This document shows, piece after piece, positions 12,301-26,850 of a DNA stretch of 64,000 nucleotides. The notes beneath the pieces were generated by a model. The model was not told the DNA's origin. It ran no database searches and was given only the letters and a program-made list of their open reading frames with translations. Every line of letters starts with the position of its first letter. Position 1 is the stretch's first letter. This DNA comes from Antedon mediterranea. Lineage: Eukaryota > Animalia > Echinodermata. The position numbers and the translations under genes are program-made. The stretch spans positions 16,067,045 to 16,131,044 of the forward strand of contig NC_092680.1 in the NCBI RefSeq assembly GCF_964355755.1. The letters are read 5' to 3'.

Positions 12301-15300
12301 AAAATAAATTGCAAAAAAAAACCTTTTTTCTACGCTTTTTACGAGCTGCGCATACAAGTGCGTGCACAATTAATTTTGCGCATTTAAAAATTTAAAATAC
12401 GCGTAATTTTTTATGTAGCACGCCATTTTTATCATGTCAAAAGTTGCTCCATATTATGAAATACACTTTCGTAAAATTTCATTAAAAAATAATGTTTTTT
12501 TCAGAATTTATGAGCAACCATAAATATTTCATAAAATCGGGCGTAACTTGCGCTAGACGACTCTAACGTCATATAACGAAGTTTCTTGAACATCTACAGC
12601 TACAGGTCAATCTTATGACAAAGTTATACAATATTATTTTGACAAGAATTAGAGACACACGACGGACACAATTTTGGAAAGAAAGAAGTATAAGATAGAA
12701 AAAAAGATCCTGACAATAACAAGGGGTTATCCGCAACTTATAAAGAAATAAAGACACAGAACGATTACAAGCCGAGTGTGAATGATTTTGTATTATAATC
12801 TATCTACGACTGATCATGAAAATTCTTTTTATATTTGTTTTTCCAGCTTAATAAACAAAAATGTGTTTTCGATTCTAAAACCTGTCGGAGATTTCAAGAT
12901 GAATACATAATTTACCTCAAACTCTTTAAAAAAATTTTGTTCAACTTCCAACAGCCTATAAAATAAAACGTTATTTTTAGTATTATAATTATAAGTATCT
13001 ACATTCAGATTCAAAAAGTATATCAAGTTGGCATTTTGTTATATTTTAAAGTAAAGGTTTATTTATACTATGTGTTTTCAGAAGAATTTCTCAATGTTAC
13101 GTTACGTCTTCTTAAAAACGCATTACATAACATCATGTACTGCAAAATTACTTTAAAATCAACATACAAAAATGTGTATTATTATTGATGCGCTATCCCA
13201 CTGAAAAAAAACTTATAATATAAGTTATACTGGTTTACACTAAACGAACTATCATATTAATATACCAATAGAAGCCAGAAGAAAATATTTTCAATATCTC
13301 TATATAAGTGTCATTCTTTATGAGATGCAATTGATGTATTTATACTTTTATGTTTTAATTTTATGATTTAAATATACTCAACGTGTTTTCCTTACACTGA
13401 CAATTCCTGAATGCTGATTTTGCCGTCGGAGTTGCTGTCAAACTTCGTAAGCTGAAAGTATATGAAAGAGAAAAAATATCTCACCTATTACGTTTATTTA
13501 AACGTATTTATAGAGGGTAAACCATCCAGCTGAATCAGCTATATCCATGGGCTCTCTTTAAAATGACAAAATAGAAAACGGCATGAGCGAACTGGAAAAC
13601 TCATGTGTAGGCCTATGTACCGAAGGGCAAGATTGTTCATAGCCTTGAAAGCTAAACAGCCAATCTGGCATTGTACCCTCTGCGAGGGTGTATGCAAAGA
13701 TTTAGAAGAATACGGTGCTGGTGCGAAGTGGATTTGAGAACTATGAGCATTGCAAGACTTTTAAAGTTGTTTAATCTTGTTGATGGTGCTCCTATAAAAG
13801 AGTACCTCATAGTTAATTTTAATTCGTAAAAGGCTGTAATACATGTTGTCTTAATTTTAGTTACTGGTTTTCATTTTACTGCTTCTGTATTTTAATTTTT
13901 GTTTGAGTAAAAGATACCACTGAGTGGTTTAAAATATCTTCTCTGTCTGTCAAAGATTTGAGATCCCACTTCGTAAATTATAAATATACTGGAAGTATTA
14001 AATTGATCTTTTGTTGCGCGTGCGTAGGCCTCCATTTGAGAACTACAGTACTGACGTTTCTACATACACGCCGAGGCCGAGGGTGTTAACGAGTCTGTGC
14101 CAATATATTGATTAGGGTATATCTGCATAAAAACGTTTAATCAGGCGAACCTTCTAGAATTATACAAACATTTAAAGTTTAATTTAGCCGCTCATGCATC
14201 ATAAGAATTTATCAAGAATTAACTTTTGTAATATGATACTAAATTTTTTTCTGTAGGCCTACAGAAAAGAATTTTTTTATAATAACCTTGTATTTCCACA
14301 ATTTTTTTTAATATAGTTTACTTTTAAATTTCTCTATACCAATTGTTATTATCTAATTGTTATAGGCCTATTACAAATATTTTTCTTATATGAGATTTGA
14401 AATGAAATACTCCGGAAAAAATATGTGTTAACTTACAATACTGCTTTTAAAATCAGCTATATTAATCGAATCATCTTTTGGCATTATATCAGCAAGGAAA
14501 TCCTAGAAGACAACGTTTTAATGATTACACTCTAACATACGCTATATTGAAATAGTACATTTGAAATACTTCATTTTTATAAATTGCTCAATTTTACAGT
14601 TTGGGCAAACCAACTGATAGTAGTTTCTCTAAATAAATTCGAAATTAACTAAAAGAAAAATAATATTTTGATAATAATTATCAAAATTGTATTTGATTAA
14701 ACGGTATAATACAGTAGATAATGGGGGAAGGACACTTGTTTTGCTAATCCATCACGTGATAATTAAGCACTGTAAGGATTAGCTAATGTTAACATACACT
14801 ACAAACTATACACTACTAACGTCAAGTTCGGCCTTTTCAATGTAGTTGTTTTTGTCTTTGTCATACTTTTTCCAAATCTAAAATATTGAAAAAAAGAATG
14901 GCGGCCACTGTTAGAATTTGTCTAGACGTAATTTTGACATAAGATAGTACCATCCTATAACATTCCATGTCTCATTATCTTCATTTGACCTCAAATGAAA
15001 CAATCATTTATATGTGTTAGTTTTACAGTCAGTTTTTAAATGTTTTTAAATCTAATATTTTACATTTCATACCATTTTTAATTTATTTTTTTTATTATAA
15101 TTGTGAGTATCCTAAATTTAAGAAAATAATGAAAAAAAGAAAGTATTATGTGAGAAACATGTATTTGTAATAATTATGAACGAATAAAAGTGGTAGGTTA
15201 CACCACAAAAAAAAGAGAAAAAATCAATAACCTATTAATTAAAATAAAATCAAATTACCTGAATAAACTCAGTGCAGTGAATTTTTGTATTTACATCTTG

Positions 15301-18300
15301 CTTTGTTGTTGTATACTCCCTAAGATGCAGTTCAACATAAATTATAATTATTGGAAAAATCATTAGGAAAAAAACATTCTTCTGATATATCAAGTTTGAT
15401 TATTATAAACATTCTATATACTATTATCTTTTATCGCCATCCTTGTTACGATACAGAATACAGAATACAGAAATGTATTGGTCCAAAATGAAATTCGTTT
15501 TGTTGACCAGCTCACAAAATAATTGATTATAAATATATAAATTGTCATGAATACAAAAATACAAGATCCTATCAAAATACGAATAAACATCAAACATAGA
15601 CAAAAATATAAAAAATACTATATCGTAACATACATATATAAAAAATATATATATATATATCATACTAATATCCTAATAAGTAATATGCTCTATTTATCCT
15701 TTGCGTTTAATATGGATTTAAAACATAAAAAATGAGTTTTTTCTTGCATATAATTTTACATGCGTTTTCTCAGTTGAAATCTATATTTAATCAGTAAGTT
15801 TGCCCACCTGTCGTTAAAAGGGTACTATCTAGTAAATATATAAACATAATATAGATAAATACGGACATAGTGTTTGGCCTACCATCCGAATCGAAAACCC
15901 ATCGTACAGCACAAACCTTAATAAACTGTTTACTTACGTATTGGGTGTCGCTTCTTCCCAATTACACATGCTAAAAAACAATAAATATATACTGTAAAAT
16001 GCATTCTTAATGTAATTGTGAATTAATATACTGCAAGGTGAGGGGGGGGGGGGGTGTCAAATTAGTGGCCGTTGCAATTCCGTACACTTTAGAACTATGT
16101 AACATGATACACAGGAACAATTCCACTTGCATTAAAATAACTTTTGTTTCTTCAGGAGGAGAATGGCATATATGCAAAAATATGTAAAAATTGGAAATTT
16201 ATATGGAGGTAATTTGTGACTGGTAAAAGCCATACGGAAATTTCTAAAAATATACCAGAGGTGTCATTGTATTTCTTAATTTTGCGAAAGCTTTTAACAC
16301 AATCATGAATCATAAGAATGGAGAAAAGAATGGAACGGTTTGCTAGATTTAGGTCTACCACGTGAAAGCGTTTTTGTGTTTATACCGATGTAAAATTTCG
16401 CAGCAAGTCCGGTAATCTAAAATGAGTATTTTACACGACGTTTTTCATTTCTTTATTCGAATTCATAAAATAACACAACATAAAAAATACAAAGAATGAA
16501 TTCAGGATAACACAAAAAAGTAACCAAAGGTCAAACTTATTTCCATTGTGGCCCTTAGAAAATTAACATTAACAAACATTCCTTCACACTGAACTTGTAC
16601 AAGTGAGAACCATACGATACTACTAGAAGGGAGCGAGCACAAAATACCCGATTCACACATGTAACTGAGCTGTACGGTAACAATTACATCAACATAAAGT
16701 TGTAACGCAACATCAGAACAATTTACTTAATCCCTGACGTAAAAGCTATAGTATATATTATTTATAAACAATCATATAAAGTTAAATGCATGCCATCTGT
16801 ACCAACCACAGTACCACACCTTAATTATTAATTAAAATGTGGAATCAAACATGGATAATTAGTATTAGCATTTCAATTCCTAAGAACATTGCAATAATAG
16901 ATAGACCTCTATCTCAACATTTATTGAATATTTATATATTTGAACCCAATAAAATTGAACAGAGATATCAACTTACTTTGCCATTTCTTTGTAGCCCAAT
17001 TTGTTGTCACCATTTTCGTCGCAAGCGTTTATCTGCATGATTTATGAAATAACATTCATGAGATAAATAATTATTAAACAAACTCGGAGCTAGATGATCT
17101 GATCATATGAAGTAATTACTTACAATTTCGGTTTTAATAATATCTTGATCAATACCAGATTCAGATAAATCCATGACTCTTTTTTCATTAGCGAGACTGA
17201 TCAGATTTGAAGCAAATTGCTGTTAATAAAAAAATAATAATATTCAATAAACTTTAATTTATTTTACTAATATTTATAAATTAATCACTAAGCAATAATC
17301 ACTATATTTGTAATGACTAGTCTATAATGTTACCAACAATTATTATCTTTAAAATTCACACAGGCAAACTGTGTACGCTGGACCTTATCCGAGAACACTT
17401 GTTATACTACCAGAACTAGGAGTGAGTCGGCCTCGAACCCATACCCATAATATTGTTGGCTCTTTTAGGTACGGTAGACGGCGCTCTTGTCATAACCGCT
17501 TGACTATTTGACTCGATCTTAGCGGACATAATGACATTTGGAGAAATTACAATCTATAGAGACGTTGGCTTCTCACTTATATGGCTATGTGTTATTTGGG
17601 AATATTTGTGAATTTGGGAATATTTGACGTCGATAATTTATAATTCGGGACAAATTTCAAGATATGTGACATTTGAACTTTTATGAAATATTATGAATGG
17701 TTTGATATTAAAATTATATAGGCCTACTTCCAGTTCTTCAGAAGCAATATATCCATCTTGATCAGTATCACTCTGATTCCATATCTTGAAGAAAAAAAAT
17801 AAACATATTTTGTATTTGATTACGTTTAAAACTAAGTATATGCTTGATAATTGCCTGTTGTTGTGAACTGTAGTACCTGTAATTATTCCTAATAATAGTT
17901 GGCATCCCTCTATTAATCTACCACTAATCCTTATACCCTAAAGGTAAAGGTCATGCAAGTAGCTTCAATCACTATTGTCGATCAAGTTAAAACATTTGCG
18001 AAAGTTGAAGAATCGTGAATTTGGTTTGTTTTGTTGACTTTTTACTGCCTTTAGGCAGTTATGTCAAGAGACGGAATCATTACAAAATAGTATAAACGCG
18101 GAAACCTTGCCTTGCAAATACTAAGGCCGAAAAGTAGGAATTTGTAAACTAGGACTGGGAGAGAGTCTATGAAAACGTCTGCTGGTAATGTGCATGGACG
18201 GTCCATACATATTACACAGACTAAGACGTAACCAAATATAGAATTTCAGACTAAATTTACGTTACACTAAATGTTTACTGATTGTTAAACAAAAATGATT

Positions 18301-18922
18301 GAGAATAAAATCATTATTTTTCCAGTCAAAAACAAATGGAATCATAATACCAGTGACCGAGAATCAGGCACATACAACAGACGTATACGAAAGGCGATAT
18401 GAATCCGAAGAAAAGGACAAAACTATGAAATTGGAACGATCGGAATCAACTAAGTAAGAATTGCTCAGAACTAAGCCTATTTACAGCTTTCTGTAAATCA
18501 ATTTTATGAATAATCGAACATCCGTTAGGAGCGTTAGTGCGTTAACCGCGGTAAACTTTGTGTTTACTGCGTTACACGGAGTAATATAATTTTGACACGG
18601 CCCCTAACAAAGACATTCAACAATTTTGACTGTTGATTCAGGTCATCGCAGCTTTAAATTTGATATAAAATTATTTGAAACTAACTTTTTTTAATTTAAC
18701 CAGTACTGTTTGTGTAAAGAACAACCAAACTGTCAAATTTGTTTTATTCCGATTTTTTAAAAAGACATTTATAAATGTACTGTTAATTGTTTGTTGCGCT
18801 CTGTTGGTTTTTCCTGTCAGGACCCGTGTTAATGCGATTAACAATAAACTTACCATGTCAAGATCCGCAGTCGTGATGCCACAGTCTGCAATAAAGTTTG
18901 CAATGGTGTATTGACTCGCCAT
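8867..18922 (-). CDS. Six-EF-hand calcium-binding protein of the calbindin/calretinin/secretagogin family, 278 aa. 13 exons: 18922-18854, 17784-17728, 17219-17124, 17032-16977, 15970-15938, 15319-15259, 14877-14821, 14502-14437, 13451-13396, 12955-12916, 10223-10170, 9863-9792, 8986-8867
   Basis: All junctions are GT-AG and in frame (837 nt including TAG). EF loops: DTDQDGYIASEE, DENGDNKLGYKE, DKDKNNYIEKAE, DSNSDGKISIQE, DYNNDDTINGDE, DVNKDGQFSKKE. Family motifs IWKKYD and LLEVEQNFFKEF. The 57/../56/40/54/72-nt exon series matches vertebrate calbindin/calretinin as I recall it. Confidence 0.92.
9316..9627 (-). mobile_element. tRNA-derived SINE with poly(A) tail
   Basis: Minus strand: A box TGGCTTGGTGG, B box GGTTCAAGTCC, unrelated body, then poly(A) (poly-T run at 9316-9344 on plus). 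Confidence 0.75.
17375..17510 (-). mobile_element. Degenerate partial copy of the Deu/Nin-type SINE family
   Basis: GGACCTTATCCGAGAA...GGAGTGAGTCGGCCTCGAACCC matches the copies at 30.6 kb and 32.5 kb. Confidence 0.6.
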
Positions 18923-19179
18923 GTCTACACTTCTAATGTAGTTTGTGCTAATCTAATTTAAAGAAACACAAGTTATGAATGTATCATACTTAAACATTTT
19001 GATTAAACTATATGTTATCCTTTTACAGCAGTGTATGAACTTTAAAACTTGAACGAGGCCCAATTTACCTTTTGTTACCTTTAGTATAGCAACTAAAATA
19101 AAACGGATGAGAGAACAAAGAACGCAACATATAAATAATAACAAGTTATACTAACAATGATAATAATAATATAATATAA

Positions 19180-19990
19180 GGAACATTTATAAAGTGCTAT
19201 TTACCGAATTCTAACAGCGCAACAAGAAACAAATTACTATTGAAATAGGATCAGTTTTCAGGAGAGATTTGAATTGGAACGAGGAAGTTAGTTCCAGATC
19301 TCTAGTGCCTGCGCAAAGAAGCCCTTAGGCACGGATTTAAAGTTGGTTCTAGGTGTTGTTAACATAAGATGATCCGTTTTAGAACGAAGACCTCAGCGTA
19401 GTGGGACATCTGATTTAATAAGTCCGTAAAGATAATGTAGAACAGTGCTATAAAGACACTTTAATAATATAATGAAACTGTTGCAATCTTGTACAAAATA
19501 CGCTCTTTAACTTGGCAACCAGTTGTGAAAGCAAAGAAGAGACATGATCAAAATTCCTTGCCTGAAAAAGTTTAGCAGCCCTGTTTTGAAGAAGTTCGAG
19601 ACGCTTTTTAAGATAGTAAAATATCTTTCTCAGAACAACCATGAAGCAGAGAATTACAATAATCAAGACGAGACAAGAATACAGCGTATAGCAGCATGAC
19701 AGATGGACTGATCATCAATGTACTTTCGGATTTGCTAAATGTTACGACGATTGTGGTTAATTGATTTGGAGAGAGAAGTAATATTCTCAGACATTCCCCA
19801 TCAAAAACTACCCCAAGAACCTTGATAGATTTATACTGTTTTACGGTTAAATTGCCAATTTGAAGAGAGACATTTATCAGCTTTTGCATAATAGTGACGG
19901 GACGCCGCAATAAGAAATTGAGTTTTGTCATCACTTAAGACATAACATGTTACTGGACATCCATTGCTCCATTTCGATAATACAATTTGT
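19180..19990 (-). mobile_element. Decayed L2/CR1-group LINE 3' fragment
   Basis: Frameshifted post-RT peptides KSIKVLGVVFD...SRLDYCNSLLHG...LELLQNRAAKL..ARNFDHVSSLLSQL, ending near a (TTA)n-like tail. Confidence 0.8.
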
Positions 19991-22597
19991 GAGAATGGCT
20001 AACGATTTGTTTGGTTCAAAGGCTGCCAACAAATCCGGCGCAACAACAAATTCATGAGTTGTCCCATTGTTGAATTGACTAAATTATATAATATTATGCA
20101 TATAAAAAAGTATTGTACTTACCTCTCCAAAAAAAAAACCCCGATTACCTATTAAACTTACAAAATGAATGCTGGTTGTGTGTAAACGTTGCTACTTCAT
20201 GATTCGTTCAAATTGTATTGATGGATGGCTGTACTGTTCGTTTACCAAACCTTTTTTAAAGGCGTATATTTTGTTTGGTCTATATTGTTATACAATGAAA
20301 TTTATAAAGAAACGATTGTTTGCAATATTAACCCTTAGTTCACCTATTTTCTGACCAAGGTTGAAAAGAATGGATTGAATATAAAGAAACGATTGTTTGT
20401 TTTCAACAATCCTAAAGACCTTGGATTTACCAATATCTTTCATTATTTCCTAAACTGAGAAAGTTACAGTTGAACTGCTTTTATAGCCGTTCGGAGATTC
20501 TTCTCTGGTGATCTGCATACACTGGTGTTCGAAAACACCACCAACCAATGAAACGAGAAACCTCCAGACACCTGCTTCCAAAAGGTCAGTCGGGGTTTGT
20601 CTATTAAAAAATTGCCTTAAGACGACCTAATTTATGGCTTTCGATCTCTGTGGGAAATTATCAATTATTGTAGAAACCGATTGTGCACTGCATAGTCCAT
20701 GGGAGGTATTTTGTTATCCAATATCCTGTATCATCAAAACTATGTTATTCCAAACACAGAGATACATTTATACCTCCATGCTCCAAATATGGATAAGAAA
20801 ATATAAAAAAATACTAATATCGAAGTATAAAATCAATTTATGCATTTTAATAAGTAAACCGTCTGACACACCCATGTTAACAACTCTCAAGATGCTCTCC
20901 AGGTGGCGATTCTGAGATAACAGCGCGTACTTGTAGTCATAAAGTTCCGTTTACTTTTTTTGTTAACTTATATTTAATGTTACTTTCCATAGACTGGAGA
21001 TTCCGAAATAAAATATTGATTGAATGAATGAATTAAAAACCTTTGATATTCAAAGATGGGATCGAAGAATTTAATTTTGTGAAGTAAATTCTATACTTAA
21101 TTGTAAATTGTCAACAGACACTGTGCTACAGACCGTGTACCATGTGTTAAAAGTACAGCATTTAGGCAGACAGCAACGTGTATGACTTGCTATAGTTTTA
21201 CAGATAACACCGAGGGACAGAATCGGGTGAATCAGTCGTGCAGACTCATTTTGTATGAGTAGTTGTTTGAAGCGCGAATATCAATGAATAGGTCTAATAG
21301 GCATTAAATTTAAGAACGGTTTTGCCATCCAGACACGAAGTTCAGAGATAATTGTTTTCATGCAATTAAATTGATAATTCACTCTAGGTTTAAACGATGG
21401 ATTCATATGAGTATCATCAGCATAAACATGATAGCTAAGGTTATATTTTAAAATAATCACACATAATGTATACCCTAGGCCTACATAAATTGTAAACTAT
21501 TATAGACCTATTTCAATAAGTAGTCCACTATTTATTTGTTTCGAAATGAAATTAGTATTCCGCTTTTAAAAAGGCCAAACTTGTTTGCAAATGTCTCAAT
21601 AACACCCATAGACATGTCAAACCTGTTCACACCACTTTCAAAAACTCATAAAACTAAATGGCCCATTAATTGTTATGAAACTGATGTCCCTCTTGCGAAA
21701 AAAAAGAGTTACCTCACGAGTTGTGTGCATTGTTATGATTGTTAGTGGGACAATTACATGACAATATTTCCGTTGATTTGAGAAACGAGACTTTTGTAAG
21801 CGTTTTCAGACTAAAATAATCTTTGCTGTTCCAAAACTAATGTTAGTGTTAATAAATAACGTAAAATACAGGGCCCCAATGAGTTCTAGCTGTTTAGGGT
21901 GAAGTAAAAGAGCAATAATAAACTATGATAGTGATAATGAAGGATTTGACCTTTATAAATACCAGCAAGAAAGTTTCATAAACCAATAATGGTAATTTTA
22001 TTAGTATAATTCACCAAATCACTGCGTGTTTCTCTGTCCGGTTTTATTTAGAGACTATAGGGGTCTTCAAACTCAGGAAGCATCTTTGTATAAGAAAGAA
22101 CGAGTTTGCGTTATGGTAGGTAATCAAGGAGGGCGTGACCCAAGGCCGTCGATGTCAAAGGTCAAGGTAAATTTTCAAAATTAGCGCTCCGATCGACCTG
22201 AAACCTGAGTAGTAATCATGAGGATATAGAGCGATTATGGATCTGATAAATGCGAGGTTTTAAACTACATTTAAAACCCGCTCTGGGTGGGTATACTTCC
22301 TAGGAATAATAACGTTGTTCTTGTAGGCTAAATAACGCTTTATGCACCTTCACATTTACCCTGGTCAATTTTATTCAAACATGTATGGAAGCATACTCTT
22401 ATGTTGCAGCTAGTTAAACGAACTTGAGGGATATAAAAAATATACTAAAATGAGACACGAGTTATAGGAAAGTATAGATAAGGATTGGCACTGATGCAGA
22501 ATTATACTGTGCAAATCACAATTCTGCATATTTATTTTACCACACTTGTGATGAACAGAAAGCTCAGCATTTTTATTGTTATACAGTATATTATGAA

Positions 22598-25421
22598 TAT
22601 TTTACTTGCTTCTTTTATAAAGTAAAGGTCAGTCCTACGTACTCTTCTTAATGCGGGGTGTTTAAAATGCGAGTTAATTTAAAACACCAGTGAAAATTTC
22701 ACACCTGCACATTGTTGTTTACTCGTTTGGTTTTGACTTGTATTTGGTAATAAAAACACATACAATAGAGTGAAATTGAATGCAATGACCATAAAACAAT
22801 TATATCAATTCAATAAACCTACTTCCCTATAGGTTACGGCCTTGAGAGAGATCAGAATTAAAACTACAAAATGACATGAGTTATAATTACTCCTTAATTT
22901 TAACCTGGTCTAAATGTTAACAAAAACCGTTTTATTTATCAAAATATTTAATGTCATTAGGAGCTTTTTAAATCAGATGAAAGACCACTTCAATTCTTTT
23001 CAGATTTTTTTAATTAATAAAATTCCGTTTTATAGAAATTGTAAATTGAGAATAAGGTACAAACGCACAAGGACAACCCATCTAAACACGGCCAACCTAC
23101 AGTAGTGTATACTGTATCCCATGTGAAAACGTCGAACGTCGAGAAACTCAACAGTAACTAATACACTGCCGCCACTGTCACACACAGAAACTGTGCAATT
23201 GGGACTGGACCGTTTTAGAGGTGTTTACCACCTGTTGGTCCCGATCATTCACTAACAGTGTTAGTGAGAAGTTGAATAAATAAAAATAAAATAAATAAAT
23301 AATATACGTGGTGTACCGCAAACTTATAATTATATCAACATTTTGATTTCGCCATGCAAACCTTCAAACAATATTTTACTTGCTTCTTTTATAAAGTAAA
23401 GGTCAGTCATACGTACTCTTCTTAATGCGGGGTGTTTAAAATGCTAAATATGATTTAATTTACACCAGTGAGAATTCCACACCTGTACATGATTGTTATT
23501 TACTCGTTTGGTTTTAATATAAAAATACAATAGAGTAAAATTAACAACTGCAATGACCATAAAACAACTATATCAATTTAATCAACCTTCTTCCCTATAG
23601 GTTACGGCCTTGAGAGAGATCAGAATTAAAGGGGGATTCTGGGTTTAAAATTGCTTTTAAATATCGTTTATTTATTAAATAAAAAATATCATAACAATAT
23701 AGACATGTCAGAATGAAGAACTAATAACGAGAAATTAAAAAAAATTAATTTCATATACATTTTAGGGTAAATTCATGGAAAGTCTGTTTTTCAGCAGCTT
23801 AGGGAAGCTCATTAATATTCATGAGATATTCACAAAATCACGTCATCAGTGGATTCCAAACTCGCGACGTCATGTACGTTGTGTTTGTTAACTTCAAATC
23901 TCTCTCCCCCTGTCAAACGACAACCACCCGATCATTGTGAAATACATTTTTTGTAGATTTTCTAAGCTAGGCCTAAAGTGTAATAATAACAGTAGTAGCA
24001 TATATTTATTTGACATAAATACAACATTTAGTAAAGATTACGGAGTCTTAAATTATATACTATTTTATACCTCGAATAGTACAGATCGTATTATCGGCTT
24101 CACGTACTAGGCTAGGCCTAGCCTAAATCATTTGTTTTCATGGGCGAGAGCCATTCTGACTAGGGATTCCATGCCACGATGGCTACGTTAAAACATTGGG
24201 GCCCATCATGGGCCTAGCTAGCCTACTAAACGATTGGCCCATAATAATAAAACTCGGTGGATTCCAAACCTATCCTATCAACCAAACTCCTAAACAATCT
24301 AAACCTAAAACATTCTACAAAATCGGCTGTAAATATTGAGACAAAAAAGGTACGATCGCCGTCCGCACGTATGGTGTCCCGATCGTCTAAAAGTAGGCCT
24401 AAAATAGGCCTAGTTTACTCTCCAAAAAAAGCAGATACTGCATCAAGCAAGTAGACCAGGTAGTAGGAAGGAGACCTAGCCGATTCGGCCCAGTTAAAAA
24501 TTGAGCTAGCTAGTGTAGTAGACCCTATATGCGAATTGATACTACCAGGCCTTTTACTATAGGCTGCACTACACAAATATTCCAACTCTCTCATTCGAGC
24601 TATATTATCTATACCATTCCGGTAGGTCGAGTCGACCTTCAACCAAATACTGTACATCGTTCATGTTGTGATTATAGACGGGGTATACTCGACCCGACCA
24701 GTTTGGTATTGTATACTGTATCTGCTTATCACGTGACATGCCAGGCATGGGCAGGTAGAGCACGTGTGTATCGTCGTCTCGCTCTCCTCGCTCAGCAGGA
24801 ATGCATACGTTACGCTTCATTGATTTTGAAGGCTTTCCCTAAGTCAGTGCGAAAATCGGCAAACGTAAAGTGCAAACATATCTAATTTTTCACTGTTTTG
24901 ATGAATTTTCATAGAAAATTGACTTTATAAATAGGAAGACCGACTAAAATTACATTAGATAAGTATAATTTCACAAAAGTAATTAATATGGTTAATGATA
25001 ACGAGTCGTCGGAACATTGACCATTTCACGAATTTCCTATTCTGTAAACACAGTGTCATATCGCCGTAGCTGCACTTGCAATCTGGCCTCATTTCACAGC
25101 CTTCGTTCTGCTTCACTGGGCGCTTATATAAATTGAAACTTTTACCGTTCAAGAGACAAACAAATATATTTTACATTTTTTACTATTCATTTTAAACCCG
25201 TAACCCCCCTTTAAAACTACAAAATGAAATGAGTTATAGAAAAATCCTAAATTTTTCAATTTAAATTGAAAACCGTTTTATTTATCTAAATATTTAGGCC
25301 TAATGTCATTAGGAGCTTTTTAAATCAGATGAAAGACCACGTATTTTTACCGTCAAAACTCTTTTCAGATATTTTTAATCAATCAAATTGCGTTTTATAG
25401 AAATAGTAAATTGAGAATAGG
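22598..25421. repeat. Local direct duplication of about 460 bp (22598-23058 vs 23371-23629 + 25215-25421)
   Basis: Collinear high-similarity copies; the second is split by the TTAA element. Confidence 0.85.
23630..25210. mobile_element. 1.58-kb non-autonomous Kolobok-like DNA transposon
   Basis: 21-bp TIR AGGGGGATTCTGGGTTTAAAA / TTTTAAACCCGTAACCCCCCT with TTAA TSD (23626-23629, 25211-25214). The empty site CAGAATTAAAACTAC is present in the paralogous copy at about 22853-22868. Confidence 0.85.
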
Positions 25422-26778
25422 TGAGTATAAATCCGATATCGAAGATTGCGCGACCCAAGGCCGTTCGATGTCAAAGGTAAATGTAAATTTTCAAAATTTC
25501 TCAGGTGGTTGCTTGGTGGTCGGTAAAGATTGCATTCATTGGTTATAGGCCTACCGGTACCTAGTATCTCTTGAAAGCTATTTAGTGCAACTTATTAATG
25601 TAGCCTTTTGAGGGGTTTGATGACTTTTTTTGACTTTTATTTATCCAACTATCACTTAAAATGCAATTTGTTTTTAATGTTTTAATTGTGAACAATAATT
25701 TACCCTTACTTGCTACTCTGTGTCAGAGATGCAATCCAAACCACCCTCCAGTAAATGGTTTTGAAGATCTTTACAAAAATTAATATAAACTAAATTTTAA
25801 ATAAGTATTAGACCATGACTAATATGTATTTATGACTGCTTTTAAGCACTGTATTTCTCTACATAGTATTAGTAAAATGTGAATATATATTACTGAATAA
25901 AAATGTGAATGAAGAACGCTGAATGAAAATCGCTGGAAAAAAATTGTAAAAGTAGATTCGATAAATTAGTTTTTGATCTACTTACCAATAATTGCAACGC
26001 GAAAACCAGAGTAATGTACATATTTGATGATTATAGACTCTTAAGGAAGACTAAAATAAAATCATACTATTTAAGCACTATCTGTAGGGAACTCGCCAGG
26101 TGTGGTTAGGGAATAGACCTAGAGGGCGTACTATTGTGAAATATATGAATTTGGTAACGTATATTTACGGAACACAATGGTTGTCACCCTTTTTATTCCT
26201 ATAGAACGTTATAGAATAGATATTTTTATAATAATATACTTGTATTACAGTAGTTACGTGAGAACAAAATATACCTAAAATGTACGGCATTAGGAAAACT
26301 TCACCAGTGTAAACAAATAAGCTATAAATCCCAGAAATGTTGTGTATATGTCCTTCCAAATTTGAGAGAGTAGGATGCGAGTTATGAATCACAGTAACAT
26401 CATTCTTCAGGATTTTTTCTTGTGTGTGAGTTCATCCCACTTTCATTTCAATTCCCTGTTATGGATATATCGTGTATATGTACATTTGTGACAACTAATT
26501 ATATATTCTTTCATTTGTATGTTATACAACAATTTTTACAAAATACCGTACATGCATATTTACATAATAAGATTCTGTCAATCATACTAGCTGGTAGGCT
26601 ACCCGTCCAAAGGACGGGCACCTTCTTTTAATGATTTTAAGGTTCGGGAATCGAAAAGATAGTACAGTAATAGTACAATGCAGTATACACACATCTATAA
26701 ATGAATGTATAGTGCCGAAAGGGACATTGTACACCATTTATAGAAAGAAGATACAGGTAATATGCATAATTATTTATA

Positions 26779-26850
26779 CTAGATGGTACGCGAGAGATGC
26801 GAGCGTACCATCTAGATCGTGTCAACAGATGGTTTTCGAATACACAATAA
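26779..26850 (-). mobile_element. Helitron-like 3' terminus (hairpin + CTAG|T); second copy at 59353-59425
   Basis: ACTAGATGGTACGC...GCGTACCATCTAG hairpin, followed by TCGTG..CAGATGGTT.TCGAATACAC shared by both copies. Confidence 0.5.

Noticed and set aside
11030-12790. Probable interspersed repeat in an EF-hand gene intron, resembling 63600-64000
   Set aside because: Boundaries and family could not be fixed by eye.
16200-16325. RT-like peptide GVIVFLNFAKAFNTI in an EF-hand gene intron
   Set aside because: Probably a LINE crumb, but too short and decayed to annotate with confidence.
24257-25152. ORFs inside the TTAA element as a transposase or captured gene
   Set aside because: Short, no recognisable motif, overlapping on both strands.
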